This document shows positions 8,093-15,920 of a DNA stretch of 47,082 nucleotides, one piece after another. Each line of letters opens with the position of its first letter. The first letter of the stretch is position 1. Source of the stretch: a virus. The position numbers and the translations under genes are program-made. The DNA lies in the IMG/VR virus record IMGVR_UViG_3300046055_000016, positions 1 through 47,082 of that record. One strand, 5' to 3'. Under the pieces are notes generated by a model, which was given only the letters and a program-made list of their open reading frames with translations, was not told the origin of the DNA and did no database searches.

Positions 8093-10563
8093 GTTCCCTT
8101 TCTGTGGACTTCGACTTCTCTGGCTTTAGGATCTGCCCAAAACCTGCCTATAGTATACTCTATCTTTAGGGGTACTGTCAACTCCACACCGAACTTTGGC
8201 TTTAGGTCAGGATACAGAAGCGCGTCTGAGACGATCTCCAAAGACTCCTTGAGGTGGGCCTTGGACACCTCCAGCAGCACCGAGTCGTGCACGGTGCCCA
8301 CCACTCGGGCTTTTTGGGGGTCCAGGGCCTTGTGGGCGGCGATCATGCCCAGCAGGGTCAAGTCACTGGCCAGGCTCTGGACGGGGGCGTTGATGGCCAT
8401 GCGCTGCGCCTCGCCGACCTTGGCGGGGTTGCCCGAGTCGATGTCCGGTAGGCGGCGCTTGCGCCCCAGCAGGCTGCGCACCTGCCCCCGGCGAGCGATC
8501 GAGCGTTGGTGCTCGTGCCACAGGCCGATCTCTGGCCACTGCTCGAAGAAGGCCGAGCGTAGCTCGCCCGCCTGTTGGGGGTCGAAGTCGAGCTGATAGT
8601 CGCGCCAGGCTTGGGCTGAGAAGGTCGCTGCGGTCATCGAATATAAGAAACCAAAGTTTACAGATTTTGCTTTGAATCTCAAGTCTTTCCAGATTGGCCG
8701 AAGTTCTTGTACAGCCGATGGTCCGAGGCGTGACAGGAGCGGCATAGCGTCACTAAGTTCGATGGTTGGTTGTTGGTTCGGTCGTGATCCTTGTGATGAA
8801 CACACAAGTTCTTGGTATTCCCGCAATGCTCGCAGGAATCTTTTTTGTGTCGTCGATACTGAGGAGGGGATATTCCACCTTTCCAATGTGGATTGGAAGC
8901 CCCCTTCTGGACTCCACCCCTCCCTGCTCCTGGATTCTTTATCCTGCCTGATCTCACTGCACGCTCGTATGATCTCTTCCTCGCTAACTCCCTCTGGCGC
9001 ACCTTCGCACAGCTCTCGCAAAACTTTTGCGCCGGTCCTGTTGGGAGGTAGACCTGATTGCACGAGAAGCATGTGCGCGGTGCGAATCGTTTCATCCGTA
9101 TCAACCTTCATCGCCATCTCAAAGTGCAGGTCTCTACCTTCCAGATACGCCTGCAGCATCCTCGGCTCGCACCTGCCCGTGGTAGCTCGGCTGGCTAGCT
9201 CGGCGGCTACACGCAGCTCGATCTGGCTGTGATCGACCTCGACGAACCAATGCCCTTTGGGTGCGGTGATCGCCGAACGCAGGCTCTTGGGAGTCTGTTG
9301 GATGTTGGGCTCTTGTGAGGAGGTGCGCCCGCTTACCACGTGGGCCGGCTTGTAGCTGGGAAAAAGCCGTGCGTTGACCGCACGGTTTTGCCAGTCGAAC
9401 AGAAAATCCAGCTTCTTGCGATGGTCGCGATAGGCCAAAAGGGTCTGGGCGAAGGGATAGCCCATCTGGGCAAGCCGGCTCAACACGGCCGCGTCCCAGC
9501 AGGGCGAGCCCTTGGGCGTGGTCTCGATGACCGGCGCAAGAGCGCCCATGAAGGCCGCAAAGAACTTGCTGGTGGGGCTCCACGAGATCGGGTAGCGTTT
9601 GTCCTTTTTCTTTTTACACGTCTTGGGGATGGCCGTGCGCTCACAGATGACGCACAGGGGAGGATTGGCCGGCTTGACGGTGTCGGTCTCTTTGGTCTCT
9701 GCGTGGGTCCACTCCACGCCACACACCGGGCACTTCCAGGCTGCGCACTGCTCGGTATGGACGTGGGCTTGATCCTCGCCGTACTCCTCCAACAGATGCG
9801 ACGGGATCCATTGGTACAGCTCACGCTCGGTCCTGATTAGCTCACTCTCGCTTGCGATTGTCAAAGACTGAACCTGCTCCAGGTCCAGGCCCAATCCTGT
9901 GTGCTCCACATGGATGAAGGCCCTGATCGCCGGCATGCCGATGTAGTGCCACACGCGGGCCACGGCCTCATCCTCTTTGAGCTGCTGGCGGTGAAGCTCG
10001 TGGAGCTGATAGCAGTAGTCGGTGTCCTGGGCGTTGTAATGAGCCAGTTGCTGCCAGGGAGCATCTTCGGGGGTGGATAGGTCGATGCCCCACGGGGCGA
10101 TGCCCAGCTCTTGATCAACGACCGACTTCAGGTCCTTGGGGCGGTTCTCATCCAGCAGGTGGGTGCTCATCATCGTGTCCCACCACGCACACGGCGCGAT
10201 GTTGATGCCACCCAATACTTGTATCCAGCGCGCCTCGTACTGGATGTTGTGGGCGATGAGCTTGCCCCCGAGCGGATCGTCGTCTTTGGCCATGGCTGCC
10301 TGGACCAGCCGACGCAGGACATCGCGCCAGTGCGGCCACGGGGCAGCGGGATGAGAAAGCGGCACCACGTAGCCCATGCCTGGCGTGGTCGTAAACGAGA
10401 TCGACACGATCCGCGCGCCGGCTGCCCTCGGGTTGAGATTGCTTGTGTTGTCGGTCTGGGTCTCGATATCCAGGCACACCTTTTGGGTGGCATTGAGCAG
10501 CGTGATCAACTGCTCAAGCTCGCCTTGATTGCCGATGTGCTCAGCGACCACCGGAAACGTCAT
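8089..10563 (-). CDS. Family A DNA polymerase with 3'-5' exonuclease domain, carrying a ~140-aa insertion between motifs A and B
   Basis: Exo motifs: CLDIETQ, HNIQYEARW, YNAQDTDY. Pol motif A: VDHSQIELRV. Motif B: RFKAKSVNFGFLYS. Motif C region: VGTVHDSVLLEV. The reading frame is continuous over 824 aa according to the ORF track. Confidence 0.9.
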   Translation of the reverse strand: MTFPVVAEHIGNQGELEQLITLLNATQKVCLDIETQTDNTSNLNPRAAGARIVSISFTTTPGMGYVVPLSHPAAPWPHWRDVLRRLVQAAMAKDDDPLGGKLIAHNIQYEARWIQVLGGINIAPCAWWDTMMSTHLLDENRPKDLKSVVDQELGIAPWGIDLSTPEDAPWQQLAHYNAQDTDYCYQLHELHRQQLKEDEAVARVWHYIGMPAIRAFIHVEHTGLGLDLEQVQSLTIASESELIRTERELYQWIPSHLLEEYGEDQAHVHTEQCAAWKCPVCGVEWTHAETKETDTVKPANPPLCVICERTAIPKTCKKKKDKRYPISWSPTSKFFAAFMGALAPVIETTPKGSPCWDAAVLSRLAQMGYPFAQTLLAYRDHRKKLDFLFDWQNRAVNARLFPSYKPAHVVSGRTSSQEPNIQQTPKSLRSAITAPKGHWFVEVDHSQIELRVAAELASRATTGRCEPRMLQAYLEGRDLHFEMAMKVDTDETIRTAHMLLVQSGLPPNRTGAKVLRELCEGAPEGVSEEEIIRACSEIRQDKESRSREGWSPEGGFQSTLERWNIPSSVSTTQKRFLRALREYQELVCSSQGSRPNQQPTIELSDAMPLLSRLGPSAVQELRPIWKDLRFKAKSVNFGFLYSMTAATFSAQAWRDYQLDFDPQQAGELRSAFFEQWPEIGLWHEHQRSIARRGQVRSLLGRKRRLPDIDSGNPAKVGEAQRMAINAPVQSLASDLTLLGMIAAHKALDPQKARVVGTVHDSVLLEVSKAHLKESLEIVSDALLYPDLKPKFGVELTVPLKIEYTIGRFWADPKAREVEVHRKGT
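8637..9110 (-). mobile_element. AT-richer insertion tract containing the HNH gene and a recoded polymerase motif B
   Basis: The sequence is visibly less GC-rich than the flanks. Motif B codons use A/T third positions (aga ttc aaa gca aaa tct gta aac ttt ggt ttc tta tat), unlike the rest of the gene. The borders are approximate. Confidence 0.6.
8679..9104 (-). CDS. HNH endonuclease (probable homing endonuclease), encoded in the +1 frame inside the polymerase ORF
   Basis: N-terminal zinc ribbon CFSC...CESC. HNH core is CEHCGNTKNLCVHHKDHDRTNNQPSNLVTLCRSCHASDH. The ATG is at 9095 (TTG at 9104). The stop codon overlaps the R codon of polymerase motif B. Confidence 0.85.
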   Translation of the reverse strand: MIRMKRFAPRTCFSCNQVYLPTGPAQKFCESCAKVRQRELARKRSYERAVRSGRIKNPGAGRGGVQKGASNPHWKGGISPPQYRRHKKDSCEHCGNTKNLCVHHKDHDRTNNQPSNLVTLCRSCHASDHRLYKNFGQSGKT

Positions 10564-12080
10564 TGCCCATCCAGGGTCAGCGCGCGCCGATTTTGTAACA
10601 GCGCGTTCTCCAGGGCGATCTTGTCGCGGTGGGCCGACAACAGCATGGTGTCGACCGAGTTGGGCACCACCAGGTGGTGAAACGTCACCGGCCTCGTCTG
10701 GCCCTGGCGGTGCAGGCGATCCTTGGCCTGATCGTAGTCGTCGCGGCGCTCCGACAGTGAGTAGAACACCGCGTGGCTGCTGGCCACTAGCTCATTGACG
10801 GCTAGGCTCATGGTGCGCTGTTGGGCCACCATGGCCGCCGCGCCCTCGGTAGCGGCAAAGCCCTGACGGGCGCTTAGCCTGGCCTTGTGAGCCGTTTGAC
10901 CCTCGACGCGAAACGTCGGGATCGAGCCAAAACGTCGAGCGAGCATGTCACAGATGCGTTGAATATCGGGGCGAAAGTGGGCGTAGATGACCACCTTCTC
11001 CTGGGCGTCGAACAGGTCCTTGAGCAGATCGGCCAACACGTCGAGCTTGCTGGTGCCAAGCTCTTCGGTCTGCGGTTTGTAATAATCGTCCTCATAGCCA
11101 AGAAAGCCGCCGGTGACTTGTCGTAGCCGCAACACCTTGGTTAGCACGATGGGGGCAATGGCCGTCTGTCCCGAGGGCAACTCGGCCATCAAGTGTTGGC
11201 CCAGCTCGCGATACACCTTGGCCTCGGTTTTGCCGAGATCGACCGGAACGGTGCGGTCGGTCGTTGCGGGCAGGTCCAGGCACTGTTCCTTGGTGGCAAT
11301 GAACGCATCTTGCTTGATCTTTTCGCGCATCTGATCCTGGCGCACAAAGCGCGTGGGTTGCCTGCCCTCGAAGCCACCCCACACGGCATAGCGTCGGCAG
11401 AAGTCGGCCCAGCGCTTGTCGAAGCGATCGGGATTGAGAAACTTCCATTGAGAGTAAATGTCCAATGGATTTTTGGGTGATACGGTACCGGTCAGGATCT
11501 GGCGCTTGGGCACCATCTCGCCAACCCGACGCAATCCCACGGCCCGATTGGCCGTGTGGGACTTCAGGCGGTGTACCTCGTCGACCGTAACTCCGTCGGG
11601 CTGCCATAAACCGATTGCCTCGACGATGCCATCTTGCATGGTTTTGGTGGCCGTGCCCCTCATACGCGCCTTGGACGCAAAGGCGTCGTGGTTGATTAGC
11701 ACCACCCGCAGCTTGCCATGGCCGGGTTGTTTGGCCAGGGCCTCGATGCGCGCGATCTTGGTGGCAATGGAGTAGCGCCCATCGAGCTGGATCAGCTCCA
11801 GCGGGACGCTATCGGGCAAGTGCAAGGAGAACTCTTGGGGCCAGGTATCCAACGCATTTAGCGGTACGGTGACCATCCAGTCGACTTGCCCCCGCTTTGT
11901 CCACAGCAGGCCCATGTAATCAATAATCGGCTTGCTCTTACCAACTCCGGGGTCGCAAAGTAGCCCGCACACGCCCTTGCGCTCGATAATGGCCCGCAGG
12001 GCCTGTGCTTGGTGGGTCATGGGCGTCGTGGCGAACTGATAGCCCCCTAGCCTCGCCCCGTTATGTGTGTGAGTACTCAT
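10560..12080 (-). CDS. SNF2-family DEAD/DEAH-box helicase
   Basis: Motif I is DPGVGKSKP, motif II is DEVHRLKS, and motif VI is QAKDRLHRQGQTRPV. The start was set to the ATG at 12080 (MSTHTHNG), just downstream of the primase stop. Confidence 0.9.
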   Translation of the reverse strand: MSTHTHNGARLGGYQFATTPMTHQAQALRAIIERKGVCGLLCDPGVGKSKPIIDYMGLLWTKRGQVDWMVTVPLNALDTWPQEFSLHLPDSVPLELIQLDGRYSIATKIARIEALAKQPGHGKLRVVLINHDAFASKARMRGTATKTMQDGIVEAIGLWQPDGVTVDEVHRLKSHTANRAVGLRRVGEMVPKRQILTGTVSPKNPLDIYSQWKFLNPDRFDKRWADFCRRYAVWGGFEGRQPTRFVRQDQMREKIKQDAFIATKEQCLDLPATTDRTVPVDLGKTEAKVYRELGQHLMAELPSGQTAIAPIVLTKVLRLRQVTGGFLGYEDDYYKPQTEELGTSKLDVLADLLKDLFDAQEKVVIYAHFRPDIQRICDMLARRFGSIPTFRVEGQTAHKARLSARQGFAATEGAAAMVAQQRTMSLAVNELVASSHAVFYSLSERRDDYDQAKDRLHRQGQTRPVTFHHLVVPNSVDTMLLSAHRDKIALENALLQNRRALTLDGQ

Positions 12081-12102
12081 CGCATGCCCTGTGCGTGTGG
12101 AG

Positions 12103-13953
12103 CTAAGAGAAGTCGACTTCGATGACAACGCCGGTATCCTCAGCCCACCAGTACTTGGTGGCATTATCACTCTCAGATTGGGTGTAGAAAGTAACTGGAG
12201 ACTCGACATCTTTCGCTAACTCATCAAGTTCTTGTCTAACTATGTCGTTTTTTCCTTTGACAAGCTCGACTATCTCAGAAGTTGACAAAGCATTATCAGG
12301 ATCTCCCGTTTTCTCTAGCAACATATTCGTTACGCTGGTGCGGATGCGCTCTCGTGCACTGGTAGCTTGTGCTGAGTTGTCAATGCGACGCACGCGCGTT
12401 GATCCATCGCTTATTCCACCGACGGTGTAGACCACGCGCCTGGGCAAGCGCCCCAAGCGGTCCTTGTTGATCTTTAGGGCAATGCGGCCTTGCTTGGGGG
12501 GATCTAGGGCAAAGTCTGACTCCACCGTGACCATCCAAGCCACATCGGTCTTTGCCTTCTTGGCCCCAGCCCCACGGGCGTAGGTCCCTCGATCGTCTTT
12601 GGACTTGGTGACATGGTCGATGATGACCACCGTTGCCCCGTGTTTCGTTATCGGTATAATGAACGAATGATACCAAGACGTAATGTCTGAGTTGGAGTCT
12701 TCCTGAAGTTCTGCTTGGTCCAGCATGTCACTGCATGAGTCCATAACTACAATATCAGGGCTTATGCTCTGGAGATCATAAACCAACCGCTCTTCATCAT
12801 TTTGACTTATAGCTAAACCAGGAGACTCATAATACCAGAACTTATCATCAAGGGTGTCAGGGTCGGCGCCCATGCGTGAAAGGCGGTCTGCGGTTGTTGA
12901 CAATCCTGTTTCCTCGTCGATCCACATTACGGTATAGCCTTGATGGACCAACGAGGACATAATTGATAACAGCAATAGGCTCTTGCCCGACTCGGGTGGG
13001 CCCTGCCACCAATGGACCATGCCGGCATACAACACTCCCGACACGATCTGTTCGGGGTCGTTGACACCCTCGCGTATCGCTTGACCCACGAGACGGCGGT
13101 TTGGGATGCCTCGGCCCTTTTCCTCCTCGGCCTCGACCTGTAGCCAGGCAATGGCTGTATCGACGACCCCCTTGCCCAATAGCTTGGTCAAGGTGGGCCA
13201 CCCTTGAGTCTCACCGTCTTGGTCAAGGCGCCGCTGGGTCGTCTCGGCGTCCTGTTTGCGCTGAGGCCACTCCTCATCGCCACTGACTTGGGCCACAGCG
13301 GCTACGAACGCCTTGGTGGGCCCAATCTCCCAGCCACCCCGTAGCAAGCCGCCACACAGGGCCACAGCGGCGTCATGACGGCTCCCTTCCCCCGGCCAGT
13401 GACGCGCGAGCAGCGTGGCAGCGGCCAAGTGGGCCACACACTCGCTTAGCTCATCGCCGCTGGGATCACCCGGGTCCTGAGAGGTCCATACCCCGTCTCG
13501 GCGTACCTCGAGCCAGCCCATGACCTCGTTGGACGGGTGGGTCGACGGCGGCACGATCGTCTGAGACCCGGTCGAGCGCAGCTCGACCAGAGAGGCGCGG
13601 TCGGTCGGGTCGACGTACTTGGCTGTGGCCGGGCAGTTGCTGGTGGGCACCTGATACCACCAGTGGCTGCACAGGGCGCTGTGACGCCCATGGATCATGC
13701 GTGTCTCTGGCAACAGTGTGCTTGCCAGCTCGATCGCCTCGTGGGTGTCTAAGTCCACGTCGATGAGGCCGTAGCTGGGCTGGCCCAGCAGCAGGCCGAG
13801 GTTGCCCTCATCGGGGAAATAATGGTCGATGTCGTCGTGGTCGTAGCGCGCTTGAGGCCACCCCGGGAAGGTCGGCGCCTTGTTGCCCCACGCGATAGGC
13901 ACAGGGGCGTAGCCGCACCGCAGGGCGTAGCGAGCTGTGTCGATCACTCCCAT
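12103..13953 (-). CDS. Bifunctional primase-polymerase (prim-pol) / RepA-DnaB-like helicase
   Basis: The N-terminal prim-pol has GLIDVDLD and STGSQTIVPPSTHPS. The central P-loop is GPPESGKSLLLL, with Walker B IVVMDSCSD. SD is AAAGGAGA. Confidence 0.85.
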   Translation of the reverse strand: MGVIDTARYALRCGYAPVPIAWGNKAPTFPGWPQARYDHDDIDHYFPDEGNLGLLLGQPSYGLIDVDLDTHEAIELASTLLPETRMIHGRHSALCSHWWYQVPTSNCPATAKYVDPTDRASLVELRSTGSQTIVPPSTHPSNEVMGWLEVRRDGVWTSQDPGDPSGDELSECVAHLAAATLLARHWPGEGSRHDAAVALCGGLLRGGWEIGPTKAFVAAVAQVSGDEEWPQRKQDAETTQRRLDQDGETQGWPTLTKLLGKGVVDTAIAWLQVEAEEEKGRGIPNRRLVGQAIREGVNDPEQIVSGVLYAGMVHWWQGPPESGKSLLLLSIMSSLVHQGYTVMWIDEETGLSTTADRLSRMGADPDTLDDKFWYYESPGLAISQNDEERLVYDLQSISPDIVVMDSCSDMLDQAELQEDSNSDITSWYHSFIIPITKHGATVVIIDHVTKSKDDRGTYARGAGAKKAKTDVAWMVTVESDFALDPPKQGRIALKINKDRLGRLPRRVVYTVGGISDGSTRVRRIDNSAQATSARERIRTSVTNMLLEKTGDPDNALSTSEIVELVKGKNDIVRQELDELAKDVESPVTFYTQSESDNATKYWWAEDTGVVIEVDFS

Positions 13954-14119
13954 TGGGTCTCCTTTCTCGTCGAGGGGCGCCGCAGCCTACCGCACATAAG
14001 ACGGGCTTGTCTCGCGCGCGTGTGGGTATGGAAGCCGTCCCCCTCTCCCCACGCCCGCCAAGGGCGGGGGCGTGGGGAGATGGGGACAACAAGGGCTGTA
14101 ACCCCCGAATGTTGGGGTG

Positions 14120-14150
14120 TATATAGGGACAAGGCGTGCAAATCAGACAA
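14120..14150 (-). promoter_or_regulatory. Possible sigma70-like promoter for the primase operon (TTGTCT-N19-TATATA on the minus strand)
   Basis: Hexamers seen by eye. The 19-nt spacer is suboptimal. Confidence 0.25.
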
Positions 14151-14184
14151 TCGTGATGGAAGTGACACTCCCCAGCCACCTAGA

Positions 14185-14210
14185 CCCCAGAACGACCGAT
14201 TACGGACACC
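14185..14210 (-). promoter_or_regulatory. Conserved early intergenic motif, copy (minus strand GGTGTCCGTAATCGGTCGTTCTGGGG)
   Basis: One of five copies of rGTGyCCGTAATC-N5-6-GTTyTGGGG. It lies immediately after the stop of 14217..14858. Confidence 0.6.
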
Positions 14211-14216
14211 TGCTCG

Positions 14217-14858
14217 TTAGGCATCCGAGTCCTTGTCCTTGCGCCGGTGGTCGCGCGGGATGGTCTTGGGCGCGGGCTTGGTGACCAGCCGGCGGTCGGG
14301 GGGCTCGATCTTGGGGCCCTGATAGATGCGGGATAGGGACTCATCCCGCAGGCGCTCCATCTCGCCGGACTCGACCATTGCGATGATCTCGGGGATCTGT
14401 GGGTCACTGGCCCCCGACCACGAGTACTGCCACTGGCCGGGCTCTCTGGGGAAGTGGGTCTGCAACAGCTTGTACAGCGTCGACACGCGGATCTCGCGGC
14501 CAAGCTGCTCCTGCAGGTGGACCACCAGATCGCGCAGGTCCCAGAAGCTCGGGCCTTCCTCGAGGTCAGCCAGATCAATGGCCTGATCGTCGGGATCGAC
14601 CGATTGCGGGTCGATGCCGTCTCGCGGGTCGAAGCCGTCCTCGCCCCAGACCTCGTAGGCCGCGATCTGACGCTCTCGGGAGAGAGCGGGGCGCATCTCT
14701 GGCTCCCACTCACCGAGGAGATAGTCGTTGATGGCCGAGTTCAGGACATGCTGTGCTGACTCTTTGCGAACAGCGCACTTTCTCTGAAACAGGTATTTCT
14801 GCTGCTCGGTTAGCCTTACAAGCGCCGTTCTCGGCCGGGGCGGTCGCTTACCAGCCAT
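14217..14858 (-). CDS. Putative DNA-binding regulator with an N-terminal ribbon-helix-helix-like domain
   Basis: The N-terminus RTALVRLTEQQKYLFQRKCAVRKESAQHVLNSAINDYL fits a strand-helix-helix pattern. The ATG at 14858 is preceded by AGGAGG. A GAACGTTTGTT box lies about 20 nt upstream of the SD. Confidence 0.5.
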   Translation of the reverse strand: MAGKRPPRPRTALVRLTEQQKYLFQRKCAVRKESAQHVLNSAINDYLLGEWEPEMRPALSRERQIAAYEVWGEDGFDPRDGIDPQSVDPDDQAIDLADLEEGPSFWDLRDLVVHLQEQLGREIRVSTLYKLLQTHFPREPGQWQYSWSGASDPQIPEIIAMVESGEMERLRDESLSRIYQGPKIEPPDRRLVTKPAPKTIPRDHRRKDKDSDA

Positions 14859-14887
14859 GACCAAAACCTCCTAACTTGCCCTGATTG

Positions 14888-14899
14888 GAACGTTTGTTT
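14888..14899 (+). promoter_or_regulatory. GAACGTTTGTT box, copy 1
   Basis: Exact 12-mer GAACGTTTGTTT, shared with 15048..15059. Related copies are at 22011..22024 and 22050..22065. Confidence 0.5.
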
Positions 14900-14933
14900 A
14901 CGCTCGTCTGTTCCCACTACCGGGATCGTAGGT

Positions 14934-15040
14934 CCGGGGTGCCCCTCGCCTCGCTCGCAGTCTGTCTGGTTCCCCCCGTGTCCCCCCCCCCCTTTAGGGG
15001 GGGGCACAGGGGAACCGGGGCTGCGAGGCGGGCACCCCGG
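14934..15040. repeat. Long imperfect palindrome (~107 nt) centred on C11-TTTA-G8
   Basis: The left arm CCGGGGTGCCCCTCGCCTCGC...GGTTCCCCCCGTGTCCCCCCCCCCC pairs with the right arm GGGGGGGGCACAGGGGAACC...CTGCGAGGCGGGCACCCCGG. Confidence 0.85.
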
Positions 15041-15047
15041 GTTTATC

Positions 15048-15059
15048 GAACGTTTGTTT
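15048..15059 (+). promoter_or_regulatory. GAACGTTTGTT box, copy 2
   Basis: Exact 12-mer repeat of 14888..14899, on the other side of the long palindrome. Confidence 0.5.
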
Positions 15060-15185
15060 CGGAAGCGCTGAGTTGCCGTTTGTGGGCCTAGGTATCCTGG
15101 GGCGGACGCTTTGGTCTCCAGCGGGGCTAGCTTGCTCCACAGCAGGCAACTCAGCTCCATGTGAAGGCGGCCTGTAGGCAAAGCG

Positions 15186-15488
15186 TTAGCAGCACTCAAC
15201 GTGATAGCCGGCCACGTCGGCCTCCAGCAGGTCGGTGTCATCCAGCAACCCGTCGCAGGCTGGGCACTGATCGGGCACCTCGCTACTGCGCTTCGAGTCG
15301 GGGGCGGCGATCGCACAAACGGCAGAGTCCTGCCCTCGGAAAACCACGCGGTCGACCATGGCCGAGTACTTCATTCCGTCGGTATCGACGACATCGAGCA
15401 TGTCGCCAGCTTGGGCCGACGCGCTCTTGGCGGTGGCCCCCCAACTTCCATCGTTGAGCTTTTTGGGTGTGGCGCGAATGATCTTCAC
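15186..15488 (-). CDS. Hypothetical protein
   Basis: GTG start preceded by AAAGGGGA; GC3-rich; 100 aa; Cys-containing C-terminus (CPACDG...HVECC). Confidence 0.6.
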   Translation of the reverse strand: MKIIRATPKKLNDGSWGATAKSASAQAGDMLDVVDTDGMKYSAMVDRVVFRGQDSAVCAIAAPDSKRSSEVPDQCPACDGLLDDTDLLEADVAGYHVECC

Positions 15489-15500
15489 GATGTCCCCTTT

Positions 15501-15527
15501 CCCTAAAACCTCGGATTACGGGCACTA
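15501..15527 (-). promoter_or_regulatory. Conserved early intergenic motif, copy (minus strand TAGTGCCCGTAATCCGAGGTTTTAGGG)
   Basis: One of five copies. It lies between the stop at 15529 and the SD of 15186..15488. Confidence 0.6.
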
Positions 15528-15528
15528 G

Positions 15529-15882
15529 CTAGTTGGCTCCCTCTGGGGTATAGGTGAATGGATAAACGACCAACAGACACGTTGCCGTCTGAAACTCCAT
15601 GAACAACGGCTGCATCTCAATGTACATCCTGGACAAGTTGGCATGACCCAAGCCCAGCAAAATCATAGGTGCCCCCTCTTGGTGACACCATACCCCGACT
15701 GATACACGTCCGATGATTACCAGTTCCAGGAAGTCGCCGGTGTAGGCCCCGGCTGTGGAGTCCACCAGCCACTGGCGCAAGACTCTCTCGATGAGACCGC
15801 TGCACTCGTCGGCGGTGTCGGGCCGCTCGATCCAGGCCGTAAGGCCATATCGCAGATGCTCTCCCACCTCATGGCAGTCCAT
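15529..15882 (-). CDS. Hypothetical protein
   Basis: 117-aa ORF with GC3 bias and tight packing in the early operon. Confidence 0.55.
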   Translation of the reverse strand: MDCHEVGEHLRYGLTAWIERPDTADECSGLIERVLRQWLVDSTAGAYTGDFLELVIIGRVSVGVWCHQEGAPMILLGLGHANLSRMYIEMQPLFMEFQTATCLLVVYPFTYTPEGAN

Positions 15883-15920
15883 GCCCTACCCCACTTTCGG
15901 TCGATGATGCTGCTGTTGGC

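Noticed and set aside
8637-9132. Group I intron or intein as the explanation for the HNH insertion in the polymerase
   Set aside because: The inserted ~420 nt is almost entirely HNH ORF, which leaves no room for a ribozyme core. The HNH frame differs from the polymerase frame and no intein splicing blocks are visible. A split gene is also excluded because the polymerase frame has no stop. Only transcript data can finally exclude splicing.
10111-10680. 189-aa plus-strand ORF antisense to the polymerase and SNF2 genes
   Set aside because: It overlaps the exonuclease motifs of the polymerase on the other strand and has shadow-ORF composition.
14180-14713. 177-aa alternative-frame minus-strand ORF overlapping 14217..14858
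   Set aside because: It has an Arg/Ser/Pro-rich translation. The competing frame has the SD, the RHH-like N-terminus and better GC3.
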